From positions 96,001 through 160,000 of the forward strand of contig CAWEQH010000008.1 of assembly GCA_963811165.1 (NCBI GenBank): a stretch of DNA of 64,000 nucleotides, read 5' to 3'. The stretch's first letter is position 1. The number at the start of each line of letters is the position of its first letter. Shown here piece after piece: positions 24,271-35,067 of this stretch. The stretch comes from an uncultured Nitrospiraceae bacterium (GTDB lineage Bacteria > Nitrospirota > Thermodesulfovibrionia > Thermodesulfovibrionales > UBA6898). Position numbers and translations under genes: made by a program. The notes under the pieces were generated by a model, which was not told the DNA's origin, made no database searches, and was given only the letters and a program-made list of their open reading frames with translations.

Positions 24271-24311
24271 AAAAAAAGGCCGAACTGCGGAGGTATTACC
24301 GCAGTTCGGCC
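24271..24311 (-). terminator. intrinsic terminator
   Basis: perfect 13-bp stem GGCCGAACTGCGG/CCGCAGTTCGGCC, 8-nt loop, T7 on the minus strand. Confidence 0.85.
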
Positions 24312-24465
24312 CATAGATCAAGCAGTATCCGGCTGGTTCCATTCCCTCCCCTCCTAAGGAGGTCTTTCCTTGCCGGTCCACTGCCCTCGGGTGAGAATTG
24401 CCGCTTACCTTCACCCTGATTTACGTCAAGAACCCTAAAATATCCGGGCCCGCCTTATGCTCTTA
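24271..24465 (-). ncRNA. putative ~195-nt small RNA of unknown class
   Basis: own TTGACA-N17-TATCGT promoter (24499-24471) and terminator, no contained gene, 8 GGA motifs, end-to-end pairing possible. Confidence 0.55.
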
Positions 24466-24613
24466 CCCTAACGATACTCCCCAGCCGGAGGGATGTCAAT
24501 TAGGTAATTTCGGTTAATAGGAAGGCTAAAGCAGGTGATTTATGAAGAGGTTCAGCCACCGTTGTTGCCCTCAGTACTTCCGCATTGAGCTTCGTTTCGA
24601 CGAGCAAGGAAAG

Positions 24614-25195
24614 TTAACGAGCCTTTCTTTCGAAGCGTTCCAGGGAATAAAACATCGCCCCCGCCACGAGTACCGCAACGGCTATCACGATCCAGTGGTT
24701 TACCCCCAGGAGCCCGGGTAAGGTCGCAGTTCCCATACCCGATGACATGTAAAAATTTCCCAGGGCAGGATAGACAACCGCAAATAGCAGGGAACCTGCA
24801 ATCAGACCCAACATTGTGACCAAGGCGTCAATTCTGCCGCTTCCGAGGGCCGCGACAGCTGTGCCCGGACAATATCCCGCCACAAGATAGCCCAGCCCAA
24901 AGAGGGCCCCACCGGTAAGCTGCGGCCAGAAATAGGTGGGGACTATCCATACCTTGCTCATATCGAGAAATTTCTGGTCCCCCAGCAGATAAAGACCACT
25001 GGATGCTACGAGTATGGCCGTAAACATCGCCTTCGGCACGGCAAAATCCCTGAGATAAAAGACGCCCGTGAGCTTGTGGGGGTTGCCGAGCCCTCCTCTT
25101 TCCAGAAACAGACCAAAGAAGAACCCTACGATAAGTGCCACGATGAGGCCGGCACCTTCACCGAACAAACCATATTCATAAAGAGGAGCGGTCAT
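24614..25195 (-). CDS. YeeE/YedE (sulfur/thiosulfate transport family) membrane protein
   Basis: FGLFLERGG, GGALFGLG..VAGYCPGT. Confidence 0.85.
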   Translation of the reverse strand: MTAPLYEYGLFGEGAGLIVALIVGFFFGLFLERGGLGNPHKLTGVFYLRDFAVPKAMFTAILVASSGLYLLGDQKFLDMSKVWIVPTYFWPQLTGGALFGLGYLVAGYCPGTAVAALGSGRIDALVTMLGLIAGSLLFAVVYPALGNFYMSSGMGTATLPGLLGVNHWIVIAVAVLVAGAMFYSLERFERKAR

Positions 25196-25701
25196 GACCA
25201 AAGCCTCCTGAAGATCGCGGCAAATAGAAAGCCGCTTATGAACATTGATGTCACAAATACCCATCCCCCTACCGCTAACTGTGCGCCTCCGGTAAGGGCG
25301 ACTCCGCTTGTGCATCCCCGCGCAAGCCTGCTGGCAAAACCCATCAGAATCCCGCCCCCAAAGGCTGTCAATAGCCTTGTAGTGCTGCTCATGCCGGCTG
25401 CCTTATCGAATGTAAGCCGAAAATTCCGGCTGAGAAGAGCGCCTGTGAGGGCCCCGACCAAAAGGCCGAGGAGCTCGAAAACAATCCAGTCCTTTAGGGG
25501 AGAGCCGGCGCCCAGATAGCGTGAAAAGTATGTAAGGCTTCCCGCATACTCCGGATTTATATTTTTCGTGGCTATCGCAGAGACTATTGAAAAAGCGCTC
25601 GATGCGCCGAGACCTTTTCCCATAATGTAAAACGAGGCGAGAAGGGTCAATCCAAGTCCGATGCCGGCAACGTAGGGAGACCAGAAACTATTTTTTCCCA
25701 T
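25192..25701 (-). CDS. YeeE/YedE family membrane protein
   Basis: WSPYVAG, GLGAS, GFASRLARGCTSG. Confidence 0.85.
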   Translation of the reverse strand: MGKNSFWSPYVAGIGLGLTLLASFYIMGKGLGASSAFSIVSAIATKNINPEYAGSLTYFSRYLGAGSPLKDWIVFELLGLLVGALTGALLSRNFRLTFDKAAGMSSTTRLLTAFGGGILMGFASRLARGCTSGVALTGGAQLAVGGWVFVTSMFISGFLFAAIFRRLWS

Positions 25702-25917
25702 ACAGCAACTCCTTGCTTACCATGATAATTATAACATATCATGTCTAAACCAGTTCAGCAACTCCGCAACTTTCTGTGCCTAATCAGGACAAGTGGATCT
25801 GACAAGAAGGAGCTTTTTTGTCCAGGGTTGGACACCTGAAAACGCTTGTCAGCATTTTTGCGGTTAGGGTATACTAAAGCACTCTTAAAAACTGGTAACT
25901 CATCTCTTTATTAAATA

Positions 25918-28900
25918 ATGCGCATCGAAAAAATCGAACTAATAGGTTTCAAGTCATTTGCCGACAAGACTACTTTTGCCCTCCATCCGGGCATCACCGG
26001 TATTGTCGGCCCTAACGGCTGCGGCAAAAGCAATATCGTAGATGCGTTCAGGTGGGTCCTGGGCGAACAGTCTGCCAAGAGCCTCAGGGGCGAGAAGATG
26101 GAGGAGGTGATCTTCAACGGCTCCACCTTAAAAAAACCGAAGGGCATGGCAGAAGTGTCAATGGTCATATCCGGCCTTAACGGTGCCGGCGCGTCGGACA
26201 ACGGCAGACAAGGCGATCTGCTGACCATATCGAGACGGCTGTACAGGTCGGGCGAAAGCGAATATATGATCAACAAGGCCAGCTGCAGACTGAAGGACAT
26301 TAAGGACATATTCCTCGATACGGGACTGGACTTCAGGAGCTATTCAATCCTCGAACAGGGCAGGATAGGAGAGATACTCAACTCGAAACCTCTTGAAAGG
26401 AGGTTCATCATCGAGGAAGTCGCTGGTGTCATGAAGTATAAGATAAGGAAGGCCGAGGCCCTCGCCAAACTCGAATCCTCCCGGGCTAACCTCCTCAGAA
26501 TAACGGACATTATAGCCGAGGTAAAAAAGCAGATAAATATCCTCGACAGGCTGGCCAAGAAGGCCGAAAGATACAAGAAACTGTCGGCTGAGATGCACGC
26601 CATTGAACTGAAGATCGCCCGAAACGAGTTCCAGCAGATCAAAGAGGGGCTGGCCGCCATACTTCAGGAATATAACGAGCTCAGGGAAAAAGAGGCGGTC
26701 ATGAACGCCGAGATCTCCGAGGCAGAGACAAAGACCGAATCCAGAAGGCTCACCCTGCTCGAAAAAGAGAAGGGCCTTGAGCTTGTCCAGGGTAAATTCC
26801 AGATTATGGAGCGCGAGATATCCGAGATAGAACGGGCGGTCGCGGTCTGCAAAAACGATATAAGCAACCTCGGAGAATACCAGACAAAGCTGGCCGGCCA
26901 GGAAGAAGAGGTCGAGACGAGGAGCGTCGAGATATCCGCAAAATGCGAGGAGCTGCGGTTGAACGCAGAGAAGCTCTCTGACGAAATCGAGGGCCATACC
27001 GGAACGCTGAGGGAAAAATCTGAGGCGTTCAGGGCGATAGAGGAAGTGCTTGCGGAAAAGGAAGAGCAGATCGAGGACAAGAGACGGGAGATCTTCAGGG
27101 TCTCAGAACAGCTAAGCGGCCTGAGAAACGAACTCGGCAGACAGCAGACCTCCTGTGAGTCGCTTGAACGGCGCGAGGCAGCCACCATGAGAGAGGCCGA
27201 GGATTCAAGAAAAATTCTCGCCGGGATCGAGTCGTCGATCAGTGAGGTGGAGTCCGGGATCCACGGCAGCAATAACGAGGCGCTTCTCCTTAGGGAAAAG
27301 AAAGATGTGCTGATTCATGAATTATCGGGCGCCAGGGAGAGGGTAGAACTCCTTCTAAAGTCCCTGGCCGCTACCCGCGAGGAGTTTGCATCCCTTAACT
27401 CCAGACTCGATTCGCTCAAGGAGATCGTCTTTGACACACCGACCAGGGAGTTGCTTGCATCGACTTCGGAGGTGAACATCCTTGCCTCGATGTCGGACAT
27501 CCTCGAGGTAGATGCCGACTACGAAAGGGCGATAGAAAGCGCCCTCGCGGAGAAGTCAGATTCTCTTATTACCGGCTCGCTCGATGATATCCTCAGGGCG
27601 ATATCTTCGCTTAAGGGGAAAGACGTGGGTAAGAGTGCCTTTATTACCGCTTCTCCGCCGCAGACCATCAGCTATGGCGATGTACCGGAGGGCATCATCG
27701 GCAGGGCATTGGACTTTGTGAAGGTTAAAGAGGGATATGCAAAGGTCGCCGAAAACCTTCTCGGGGGTGTGCTGATTACCAGGGACATCGATACCGCATT
27801 TGGCCTGAGGGCTTCCGATATGACCCACACCCTTGTCACGGTCGACGGTGTGGTTGTGGAACCTTCGGGAGCGGTCGTCTTAGGCGGAGACAAAGGCGTA
27901 TTCCGGAGGAAGCGCGAGATACGAGAGCTCCAGGGAATGGTAGAGGCCAAGAAGGTCCTGATAGAAGATATGAATAACGAGGTGCAGTCTGCGCAGGGGG
28001 ATATCCTTGAGAGGGAAGCGGCGGTGAAAGACGTCGAGACCTCGCTCCATAACCTCGAAAAAGAGATCTCCCTTTCGAGGCTTACCGTTGACAACTATAC
28101 GGAGGAAAAGGAACGTACGAGCAGGAAGCTCTCTTACCTCACACTCGAGACCGAGGAGATAGTGCGCGAGAAGGAAACGCTCCGTGTGGCCATTTCAGCC
28201 GGCGAAGATCGGATCAGGTCGGTCGAGGCTAAGAAGACCGGAGTCGAACAAGAGAGCCTGGTGATCCAGGAAGGCATCTCTCACAGGAAGTCGGAGATGG
28301 AGGAGCACCGCTCGGAGGTCACCGATCTTCGGCTCCTGATCGCATCGAGCAAAGAGAGGCTGGAGGCAGTCAGGAACGAGATCGAGTCGTCTCTGAAGAC
28401 CTTAGAGGACCTAAAACAGAAAAAGATTGAACTTCAGTCCGAGAAAGAGTCTGTTCGGGGACGCATGTCCCAGCGGGAGGAGGAGATACTGGAGCAGGAA
28501 AGCAGACTGAGGAAACTCGTTGCAGACGCCGACGCGGTCAGGACGGACATCTCCGGAAGAAGGGAAGAGATCGAGCGGGAGAACCAGGACCTGTTTGCGG
28601 TCGAGCAGGGCCTTAAGGCGCTGAGGCAGCAGTCTTCCTCTGTGGGGCACAGAATTTCGGAACTTGATGTGGCAAGGGCAGAGCACAAGCTCCGACTGGA
28701 AAACCTCGCGGAGAACGTGAGGAACAACTACGGCTGTGAGATAGAGGGGGTCGAGATCGCCGAGGTCAGCAGCGAAGAACAGGGGAGGCTTGCCGAACTG
28801 AGGAACAAGATACAGGAGATGGGTGCAGTGAACCTGGGCACGCTCGAAGAATACGAGGAACTCAGCACGAGATATGAGTTCATGACAAAGCAGCACGAGG

Positions 28901-29424
28901 ACCTTACCAGGTCGATTGCAGAACTCGAAGAGGCGATTACCAAGATCAACAGCACTACGAGAAAGAAGTTGAGGGATGCCTATGAGGAGTTGAACGCGAA
29001 ATTCGGCGAGGTCTTCAGGACATTGTTTGGCGGCGGGCGGGCCGAACTTGTGCTGACCGATGAAAACAATATTCTCGAATCTGGCATCGATATTATTGCA
29101 CAGCCGCCCGGGAAGAAACTCCAGAACATACATCTCCTTTCGGGGGGAGAAAAAGCCCTGACCGCGCTCTCTATTCAGTTTGCGAGCTTCCTTATCAAAC
29201 CGACGCCCCTCTGTATTCTCGATGAGGCCGATGCCCCGCTCGATGAATCGAATACGGAAAGATATTCGAAGATGCTCGATGACCTTGCCTCTCATACACA
29301 GTTCATCGTAGTAACACATAACAGGACGACGATGGGCGTAGCGCGGCACCTCTACGGCATCACGATGGAGGAGGCGGGGGTCTCGAAGGTGATCTCCATG
29401 CAACTGGCTGAGGTGACGGCATAG
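25918..29424 (+). CDS. smc: chromosome segregation protein SMC
   Basis: GFKSF, GPNGCGKSN, coiled coils, hinge, LSGGEK, LDEADAPLD. Confidence 0.97.
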   Translation: MRIEKIELIGFKSFADKTTFALHPGITGIVGPNGCGKSNIVDAFRWVLGEQSAKSLRGEKMEEVIFNGSTLKKPKGMAEVSMVISGLNGAGASDNGRQGDLLTISRRLYRSGESEYMINKASCRLKDIKDIFLDTGLDFRSYSILEQGRIGEILNSKPLERRFIIEEVAGVMKYKIRKAEALAKLESSRANLLRITDIIAEVKKQINILDRLAKKAERYKKLSAEMHAIELKIARNEFQQIKEGLAAILQEYNELREKEAVMNAEISEAETKTESRRLTLLEKEKGLELVQGKFQIMEREISEIERAVAVCKNDISNLGEYQTKLAGQEEEVETRSVEISAKCEELRLNAEKLSDEIEGHTGTLREKSEAFRAIEEVLAEKEEQIEDKRREIFRVSEQLSGLRNELGRQQTSCESLERREAATMREAEDSRKILAGIESSISEVESGIHGSNNEALLLREKKDVLIHELSGARERVELLLKSLAATREEFASLNSRLDSLKEIVFDTPTRELLASTSEVNILASMSDILEVDADYERAIESALAEKSDSLITGSLDDILRAISSLKGKDVGKSAFITASPPQTISYGDVPEGIIGRALDFVKVKEGYAKVAENLLGGVLITRDIDTAFGLRASDMTHTLVTVDGVVVEPSGAVVLGGDKGVFRRKREIRELQGMVEAKKVLIEDMNNEVQSAQGDILEREAAVKDVETSLHNLEKEISLSRLTVDNYTEEKERTSRKLSYLTLETEEIVREKETLRVAISAGEDRIRSVEAKKTGVEQESLVIQEGISHRKSEMEEHRSEVTDLRLLIASSKERLEAVRNEIESSLKTLEDLKQKKIELQSEKESVRGRMSQREEEILEQESRLRKLVADADAVRTDISGRREEIERENQDLFAVEQGLKALRQQSSSVGHRISELDVARAEHKLRLENLAENVRNNYGCEIEGVEIAEVSSEEQGRLAELRNKIQEMGAVNLGTLEEYEELSTRYEFMTKQHEDLTRSIAELEEAITKINSTTRKKLRDAYEELNAKFGEVFRTLFGGGRAELVLTDENNILESGIDIIAQPPGKKLQNIHLLSGGEKALTALSIQFASFLIKPTPLCILDEADAPLDESNTERYSKMLDDLASHTQFIVVTHNRTTMGVARHLYGITMEEAGVSKVISMQLAEVTA

Positions 29425-29445
29425 GTGGCCTTATATTGGGCGGCC

Positions 29446-29476
29446 TGTAAAGGCACGTCGCGACGTGCCCCCGACA
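29446..29476. repeat. REP-like palindrome
   Basis: perfect 18-nt palindrome GGCACGTCGCGACGTGCC with TGTA...GACA flanks. Confidence 0.45.
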
Positions 29477-29492
29477 TCAACAACCTGCCTGA

Positions 29493-30845
29493 ATGAAAAA
29501 GTTAGCGGAACTACTGCCCGGCAAGATCTCAACTGCTCCGGAAGATCTTCTTTGCTACGGCTTCGACGCCTCGGGCCTCGATGTCGCCCCGGCGGCGGTC
29601 GCCTGGCCGAGAAGTACGGAAGATGTCGTCAAGATACTCGGTTTCGCGCACGCCAATGACGTCCCCGTAATCCCCCGCGGCGCAGGCAGCGGTATGACTG
29701 GCGGGTCCGTCCCCTCCAAGGGAGCGATTGTCCTTAGCCTAGAGAGGATGAACAAGATACTCGATATCGACAGGGAAAACATGAGCGTCGTTGTCGAGCC
29801 GGGTGTCATTAACGGCAGACTCCAGCGCGAACTTGAACGGCACAAACTCTTTTATCCCCCTGACCCTGCAAGCATGAATTTCTGTACGATCGGCGGCAAT
29901 GTGGCGGAAAATGCGGGGGGGCCGAGGGCGATCAAATACGGCGTAACGAGAGATTATGTGATGGGAATCGAGGCGGTGCTGCCTGATGGCCGGGTCATCA
30001 ATACCGGTGTGAAAACAGCGAAGGGCGTTGTGGGATATGATCTTACGCGGCTCATCGTGGGTTCCGAGGGCACCCTTGCAGTGGTAACGAAGGTCAGGCT
30101 CAGGGTCTTGCCCCTTCCCGAAGGCGTGGTAACGCTCCTTGTTTTTTTTAACGATGCCGGCGGTGCGGGAGAAGCGGTGAGGCAGATACTTGCCCAAGGG
30201 ATAATTCTTAGGACCCTCGAATTTCTCGATCAGGGGGCGATAGAGGCGGTCGAAAATTACAGACCCACCGGCATCCCCAAGGATGCGGAGGCCCTGTTTC
30301 TCATAGAGCTTGACGGACATCCCCTGACCATTACCAAAGAGGCGGAGAGAATATCCGAGGTCATAAGGAGACTCCACGGAGAAGTGACAGTGGCCGAAGA
30401 CGAAGACGCCAGGGAGAAGATATGGGAGGCCAGGCGGGCCGTTTCCCCGGCACTATATCACCTGAAGCCTACGAAGATAAACGAGGACATTGTGGTACCG
30501 AGGAGCAAGATACCGGAGATGCTCAACATTTTGAGAAGGCTTTCCAGGGAGACCGGTATAACTCTGGTGAATTTCGGTCACGCAGGGGACGGCAATATTC
30601 ACGTTAACATCATGGTCGACAAAAACAACAAGGAAGAATATGACAAGGGCCTGAGGCTGGTAAAAGATATCTTTAGGGCCACGCTTGAGCTCGGGGGGAC
30701 AATCTCGGGGGAACATGGAGTGGGGCTTACGAAGGCCAATTATATTTCGATGGAGATACCGCCTGCGGAACTGGATATCATGAAAAAGATCAAGGGCGTT
30801 TTTGATCCGAAGAATATCCTGAATCCGGGGAAGATATTCCCTTGA
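29493..30845 (+). CDS. FAD-linked oxidase, GlcD/D-lactate dehydrogenase family
   Basis: PRGAGSG, PDPAS, GHAGDGNIH, SGEHGVG, LNPGKIF. Confidence 0.92.
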   Translation: MKKLAELLPGKISTAPEDLLCYGFDASGLDVAPAAVAWPRSTEDVVKILGFAHANDVPVIPRGAGSGMTGGSVPSKGAIVLSLERMNKILDIDRENMSVVVEPGVINGRLQRELERHKLFYPPDPASMNFCTIGGNVAENAGGPRAIKYGVTRDYVMGIEAVLPDGRVINTGVKTAKGVVGYDLTRLIVGSEGTLAVVTKVRLRVLPLPEGVVTLLVFFNDAGGAGEAVRQILAQGIILRTLEFLDQGAIEAVENYRPTGIPKDAEALFLIELDGHPLTITKEAERISEVIRRLHGEVTVAEDEDAREKIWEARRAVSPALYHLKPTKINEDIVVPRSKIPEMLNILRRLSRETGITLVNFGHAGDGNIHVNIMVDKNNKEEYDKGLRLVKDIFRATLELGGTISGEHGVGLTKANYISMEIPPAELDIMKKIKGVFDPKNILNPGKIFP

Positions 30846-30924
30846 CGGGCGGCGCCGCTTACTATTGTGCAATTCGGGACGTTATCGTAAAATAGAAGAA
30901 CAAAAAAACGAGGTGCCTGGTGAT

Positions 30925-31464
30925 ATGGCTGGTGTGAAGAAACTTTTTTTTTGTATCTCCTGTTTCATATTTATGACCGCTATGGGCATGTCTGTGTCCG
31001 CAGGCAATGAAAAGAGACCCGTTTCGCCTTCTGAGATCGACAAGCTCGAAAAGAACAAGGCCCCGGACTTCTCATTAAAGGACCTCAGCGGCAGGCCTGT
31101 AACGCTTTCGTCCCTGAAAGGGAAGGTAGTCCTTCTGAATTTCTGGGCGACCTGGTGTCCTCCCTGCATCTCGGAGATGCCCGTATTCAACAGACTCTAC
31201 AAACAGATGAGAGCGCGTGGACTCGAGATTGTTGCGATTTCAGCGGACCGGTCAGAGGACTATGTAAGGGACTTTACAAGCAAGCACAGCCTTGATTTCA
31301 AAGTAATCTACGATGAAAGCCGCGACGTAGTCAAAAGGTACAAGGTCTTTTCGATGCCGACCACTTTCCTGATAGATAAAAACGGCATTATTGTTGAGAA
31401 GTTTTTCGGCGAATACGACTGGACCGACCAGGAGATAAAGAAGAAGATTGAGAAGCTGTTTTAG
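30925..31464 (+). CDS. TlpA/ResA-like thiol-disulfide oxidoreductase
   Basis: APDFSL, LNFWATWCPPC, PTTFLID; N-terminal signal; start uncertain. Confidence 0.9.
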   Translation: MAGVKKLFFCISCFIFMTAMGMSVSAGNEKRPVSPSEIDKLEKNKAPDFSLKDLSGRPVTLSSLKGKVVLLNFWATWCPPCISEMPVFNRLYKQMRARGLEIVAISADRSEDYVRDFTSKHSLDFKVIYDESRDVVKRYKVFSMPTTFLIDKNGIIVEKFFGEYDWTDQEIKKKIEKLF

Positions 31465-31750
31465 CGCATGTGGCGACGTAAGGGGCTGTGAATAAGGCGA
31501 TCTTACGCTTTGGCATTCACCGACTACATTACACTCTCACAGCTCTGGCGATATAACAGTTACTAGTAAAAACAGCCATCCATGGCTGCCTTCCAGAACT
31601 CTTTGTATATCCAGAAGGTCACCGATAGGGAGCTCAAATTACGGAGACTTTCGCACGTTACAAGTTCGCCCTAAAAACTTGACATTGTCTTTTCTTGTTA
31701 TAAGATTAGAGGAAGATGATATAAATGGATAATACGAATCGGAGACTACG

Positions 31751-32734
31751 ATGCATTTAAAACAAGGCTCAAATCTGATTGAACTAATGACACCAAATCA
31801 AATCAGTCCGCAAAGGATGCAGCCCGATAGAGTCGGACATCTTCTTAGGCAAGGGTTGCTTACCGTATTTTTCGGCATCGTATGTGCTGTGCCAGTCATG
31901 GCCGCACCGATCCAGCTGCCGGCAATCGTTGAGCCCGCCAGCCAAGAGCATCACGTTGGGAAAGTTATATTTGTTGAATTGGTGACGCCGGACCTTGCCG
32001 CCGCTAAAAAGTTCTATGCGGGACTGTTTGGCTGGACATTCCGCGACATTCAAGCCGGCGGGATAGAGTACGCCGAGGCATTTCTCGATGGGCGTCCGGT
32101 CGCAGGACTGATTCACAAGAATTTGCCGGCGAGTGAGCATCGACAGCCAGCGTGGCTGAGCTTCTTCGCCTCAGGCGATGTCGACGCTGCAAAAAAGGTT
32201 GCTTTGCAAAATGCCGCGAAGGTGCTGTTTGAGCCGCATAGCATCCCTGACCGCGGCCGGGAAGCAGTATTCGCGGATCCGCAGGGAGCCGTTTTTGCTG
32301 TCCTATCCTCCAGTAGCGGTGATACGCCCGATGTTCTGGCCGCACCCGGAGAATGGATTTGGACCTCGTTAATCACGAGCGATCCGGACGCCGATGCTGC
32401 TTTCTACCAGACGCTATTTGGCTATGAAGTTTTCGAGTTACCCGGGAGCGAAGGTACCCGACATCTCTTGCTCGCGTCCGACAACTATGCTCGTGCGAGC
32501 GTAAATAGTCTTCCTGCGAATAAGCCCAATGTCCATCCCCACTGGCTCAATTACGTACGCGTGGAAGATGCGGTCAAGATGACTGCAAAGGTCGTGGAAC
32601 TCGGTGGCCGCGTGGTGGTTGCGCCGCGGATTGATCGCCACGGCGGCAAGGTTGCGGTGGTCGCCGACCCCTTGGGAGCACTTTTGGGATTGCTTGAATG
32701 GCCGGACACTGAGAGTAAAGAGGTGCCCAAGTGA
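31751..32734 (+). CDS. VOC/glyoxalase family protein, two domains, likely exported
   Basis: ELVTPDLAAAKKFYAGLFGW and FYQTLFG repeats, DPQGA/DPLGA. Confidence 0.85.
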   Translation: MHLKQGSNLIELMTPNQISPQRMQPDRVGHLLRQGLLTVFFGIVCAVPVMAAPIQLPAIVEPASQEHHVGKVIFVELVTPDLAAAKKFYAGLFGWTFRDIQAGGIEYAEAFLDGRPVAGLIHKNLPASEHRQPAWLSFFASGDVDAAKKVALQNAAKVLFEPHSIPDRGREAVFADPQGAVFAVLSSSSGDTPDVLAAPGEWIWTSLITSDPDADAAFYQTLFGYEVFELPGSEGTRHLLLASDNYARASVNSLPANKPNVHPHWLNYVRVEDAVKMTAKVVELGGRVVVAPRIDRHGGKVAVVADPLGALLGLLEWPDTESKEVPK

Positions 32735-33075
32735 ATATCGTACTCCTACGCCGGTTAGGGCTCGTATTAGCGATCTCGACGTTGACGGTCCTGTTGCCCG
32801 GCTGCGTCGCAACTGTTGGCGAAAACGGATACTACGACGGAGGGGACTACTATGAACCCCCTGTTGTCGAATACGGTGGCTGGGGACCTAACTACTATGT
32901 GGCTCCGTTTCGCGGCGGTGACCATCGTCATGGCGGTGAACGCCATACAACCAGTGAAGGTGGCCACGCCGTGCGAGCCTACAGACCTGCGCCTGCTACC
33001 CACTCGATTCCATCTATTCCGTCGAGGTCTCGTCCTAGTGGCTCGCGATCACATTCAAGCCCGACAAGGAGATAA
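32731..33075 (+). CDS. hypothetical lipoprotein
   Basis: signal peptide with LPGC lipobox; Y/G-rich then R/S-rich tail; GTGA overlap with upstream gene. Confidence 0.6.
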   Translation: MNIVLLRRLGLVLAISTLTVLLPGCVATVGENGYYDGGDYYEPPVVEYGGWGPNYYVAPFRGGDHRHGGERHTTSEGGHAVRAYRPAPATHSIPSIPSRSRPSGSRSHSSPTRR

Positions 33076-33348
33076 TTTCCGCAAGAACGTCACACCTTTT
33101 TGCGAAAACGGGCAGTGTCAGATACAAGAAGAAGCCGAATAACTGATCGAACTCTTGCGGAGCAAGCATCAAGTCTTCTTGCCAGATGAGTACGCACTTA
33201 ACACTACAACTGGCCAGTTCCTCTGTCCGGCGACAACATCTTAAAACCTCTCAGCGGGTTCCTCGAAAACAGGTTTCTACCCGCGGTCGCTACAAGCACC
33301 GACCGTTCGACGCTAGGGAATATATCCGAATTTCACAGATGATTTTTC

Positions 33349-33948
33349 CTATTTTGGTGCCGTTTCTTTCTCTTTAGGGGATTTCTTTCCCTTGCCAAAT
33401 ATTTCTCCAGCTTTATCTTTCTGCTTCTCGATCCAATATTTCTTCATCTCCTCGCTTTTCCCGGTGAACTTTTCTTTGATCTCACTGGGGATAGAGCGGT
33501 TGACTGTTTGCGTCACCGAGATTATGTAGGGAAGGGTTACGGAATTCCTCAGTAGGGCACTATCAGATGGGAGAAAGGCTATCAAAACCGTCGTGACTAT
33601 TATAATAATCAACAGCGCTTTCACAAATCCCAGGAAGCCGCCTCCCAGACGGTTGAGCCAGCTCAAACCGCCAAGCTTCAGTATTTTTCCCAAAAAATGC
33701 CCTGCAATGGACGTCAGCAGAATACACAAAATAAATATACCCAGATAACTCGCAACCTTCACCACATTGCTACCCGTTTGAGAGAAGGCCGCAGAAACAG
33801 GGACATAGAATTTCCCCGCAGCGATATACCCAATTATGATGCCTCCAAGATAGAAGATCTGTTTTACAAGCCCCTTCCACAGCCCCATTCCGATACCAAG
33901 GCCGACCAACGCCAGAACAAAAATATCAAATCCGTTCAATGAATCCAC
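33349..33948 (-). CDS. CvpA (colicin V production) family membrane protein
   Basis: DIFVL..GLWKGLVK, LNRLGGGFLG. Confidence 0.85.
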   Translation of the reverse strand: MDSLNGFDIFVLALVGLGIGMGLWKGLVKQIFYLGGIIIGYIAAGKFYVPVSAAFSQTGSNVVKVASYLGIFILCILLTSIAGHFLGKILKLGGLSWLNRLGGGFLGFVKALLIIIIVTTVLIAFLPSDSALLRNSVTLPYIISVTQTVNRSIPSEIKEKFTGKSEEMKKYWIEKQKDKAGEIFGKGKKSPKEKETAPK

Positions 33949-34309
33949 AGTGTTCCCATTCTCCCTTTTGAGTCTCTCTATTGTCCGTTAGCTCACGAAT
34001 AGATCTTGTTACTATTTTAGCTCATAAGAAACCCTATAGAAAGAATAACTTATCCATAGTGGATCACTGCCTATCCGCAACTTTCCTCCCTGGATTCTGC
34101 GAGAGTTTCATGTTTTGATGGCTGTTTGATACACCAAATAAACTTGTTTCAAAAAGATAAAACTGTGAGAGATGCCGGGAGAAATGAGCAATGGTTCACA
34201 TGAAGGGCAGGACAAAAGCGTCAGCTTTTGACTAGCCCCTCGATGGAAGGGTTAGTTTACTTTGTGGCGATGACAGGAGTTGCGCTTGAGGTATGGGCAC
34301 GGGGGCAGT

Positions 34310-34951
34310 TCAGAGCTTTGGAAACCGTATGCGGCTAACCATTAGTGAGCCGGAAACCGCGAAAAGCAGTACTATCGGATGGAGCGTGAAGCCTGCAATC
34401 GCGACCTGTCCGAACCAGAGGGACTCGCCCACTGCTCCCTGTGAGGCAGCCCAGGACATCAACACTACCAGCAGCAGTGACGTTGGGATAGGCGTACCTT
34501 CGAAATACTTTACTTTGCCTCCGGCCTCAGACAGCGCCTCGGTCGTAACGTTGTATCGTGCCAAGCGGGATACTCCGCATGCAACAAAATAGGTCAGGAT
34601 AATACGGTCGTATAAGCCCTGCATGCCGCAACCGTACCCGATAATGGCTGGGGCTACACCGAAGGATATGACGTCTGCGAGAGAGTCGAGCTCACGCCCC
34701 ATTCCAGAGGTCTTCTGTCGCCACCGAGCAATCCGTCCATCCAAGATATCGAAGACTAAAGCGGCAAAGAGCATCCCGCACGCAAAGTAAATGTGACGGA
34801 CGTCGGTCGTTTGCAGGTACGTCAGCATGGAAAACATTGCCCCTGTGCCGCAGACCGCGTTTGCCAGCGTGACCCAGTCGGAAAGATGGAATTCACGAAT
34901 CATAGAGAAGGGCTTATGCAGTTTATGTATCTTCATGACAGAATCTCCCAT
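34310..34951 (-). CDS. pssA: CDP-diacylglycerol-serine O-phosphatidyltransferase
   Basis: DILDGRIAR..GRELDSLADVISFGVAP, RLARYN, FEGTP. Confidence 0.85.
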   Translation of the reverse strand: MGDSVMKIHKLHKPFSMIREFHLSDWVTLANAVCGTGAMFSMLTYLQTTDVRHIYFACGMLFAALVFDILDGRIARWRQKTSGMGRELDSLADVISFGVAPAIIGYGCGMQGLYDRIILTYFVACGVSRLARYNVTTEALSEAGGKVKYFEGTPIPTSLLLVVLMSWAASQGAVGESLWFGQVAIAGFTLHPIVLLFAVSGSLMVSRIRFPKL

Positions 34952-35067
34952 TATGTCAAATAGTTCAGGATAAAGGCTACCTCTAACGGAATAGATGATT
35001 CCCTAATTACAACACACCTTGTTTTGAAACAATTACACCTGTGACTTCTTGTCGCTGTTGATTATTA

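Noticed and set aside
24229..24414. 61-aa ORF within the ncRNA candidate
   Set aside because: It runs through a strong terminator and has no recognisable features. A short peptide from ATG 24342 cannot be fully excluded.
28411..29403. Long antisense ORFs (e.g. 330 aa opposite smc, 304 aa opposite the purH-like gene, 282 aa opposite rplD/rplW)
   Set aside because: Shadow frames of real genes, with no motifs or RBS support.
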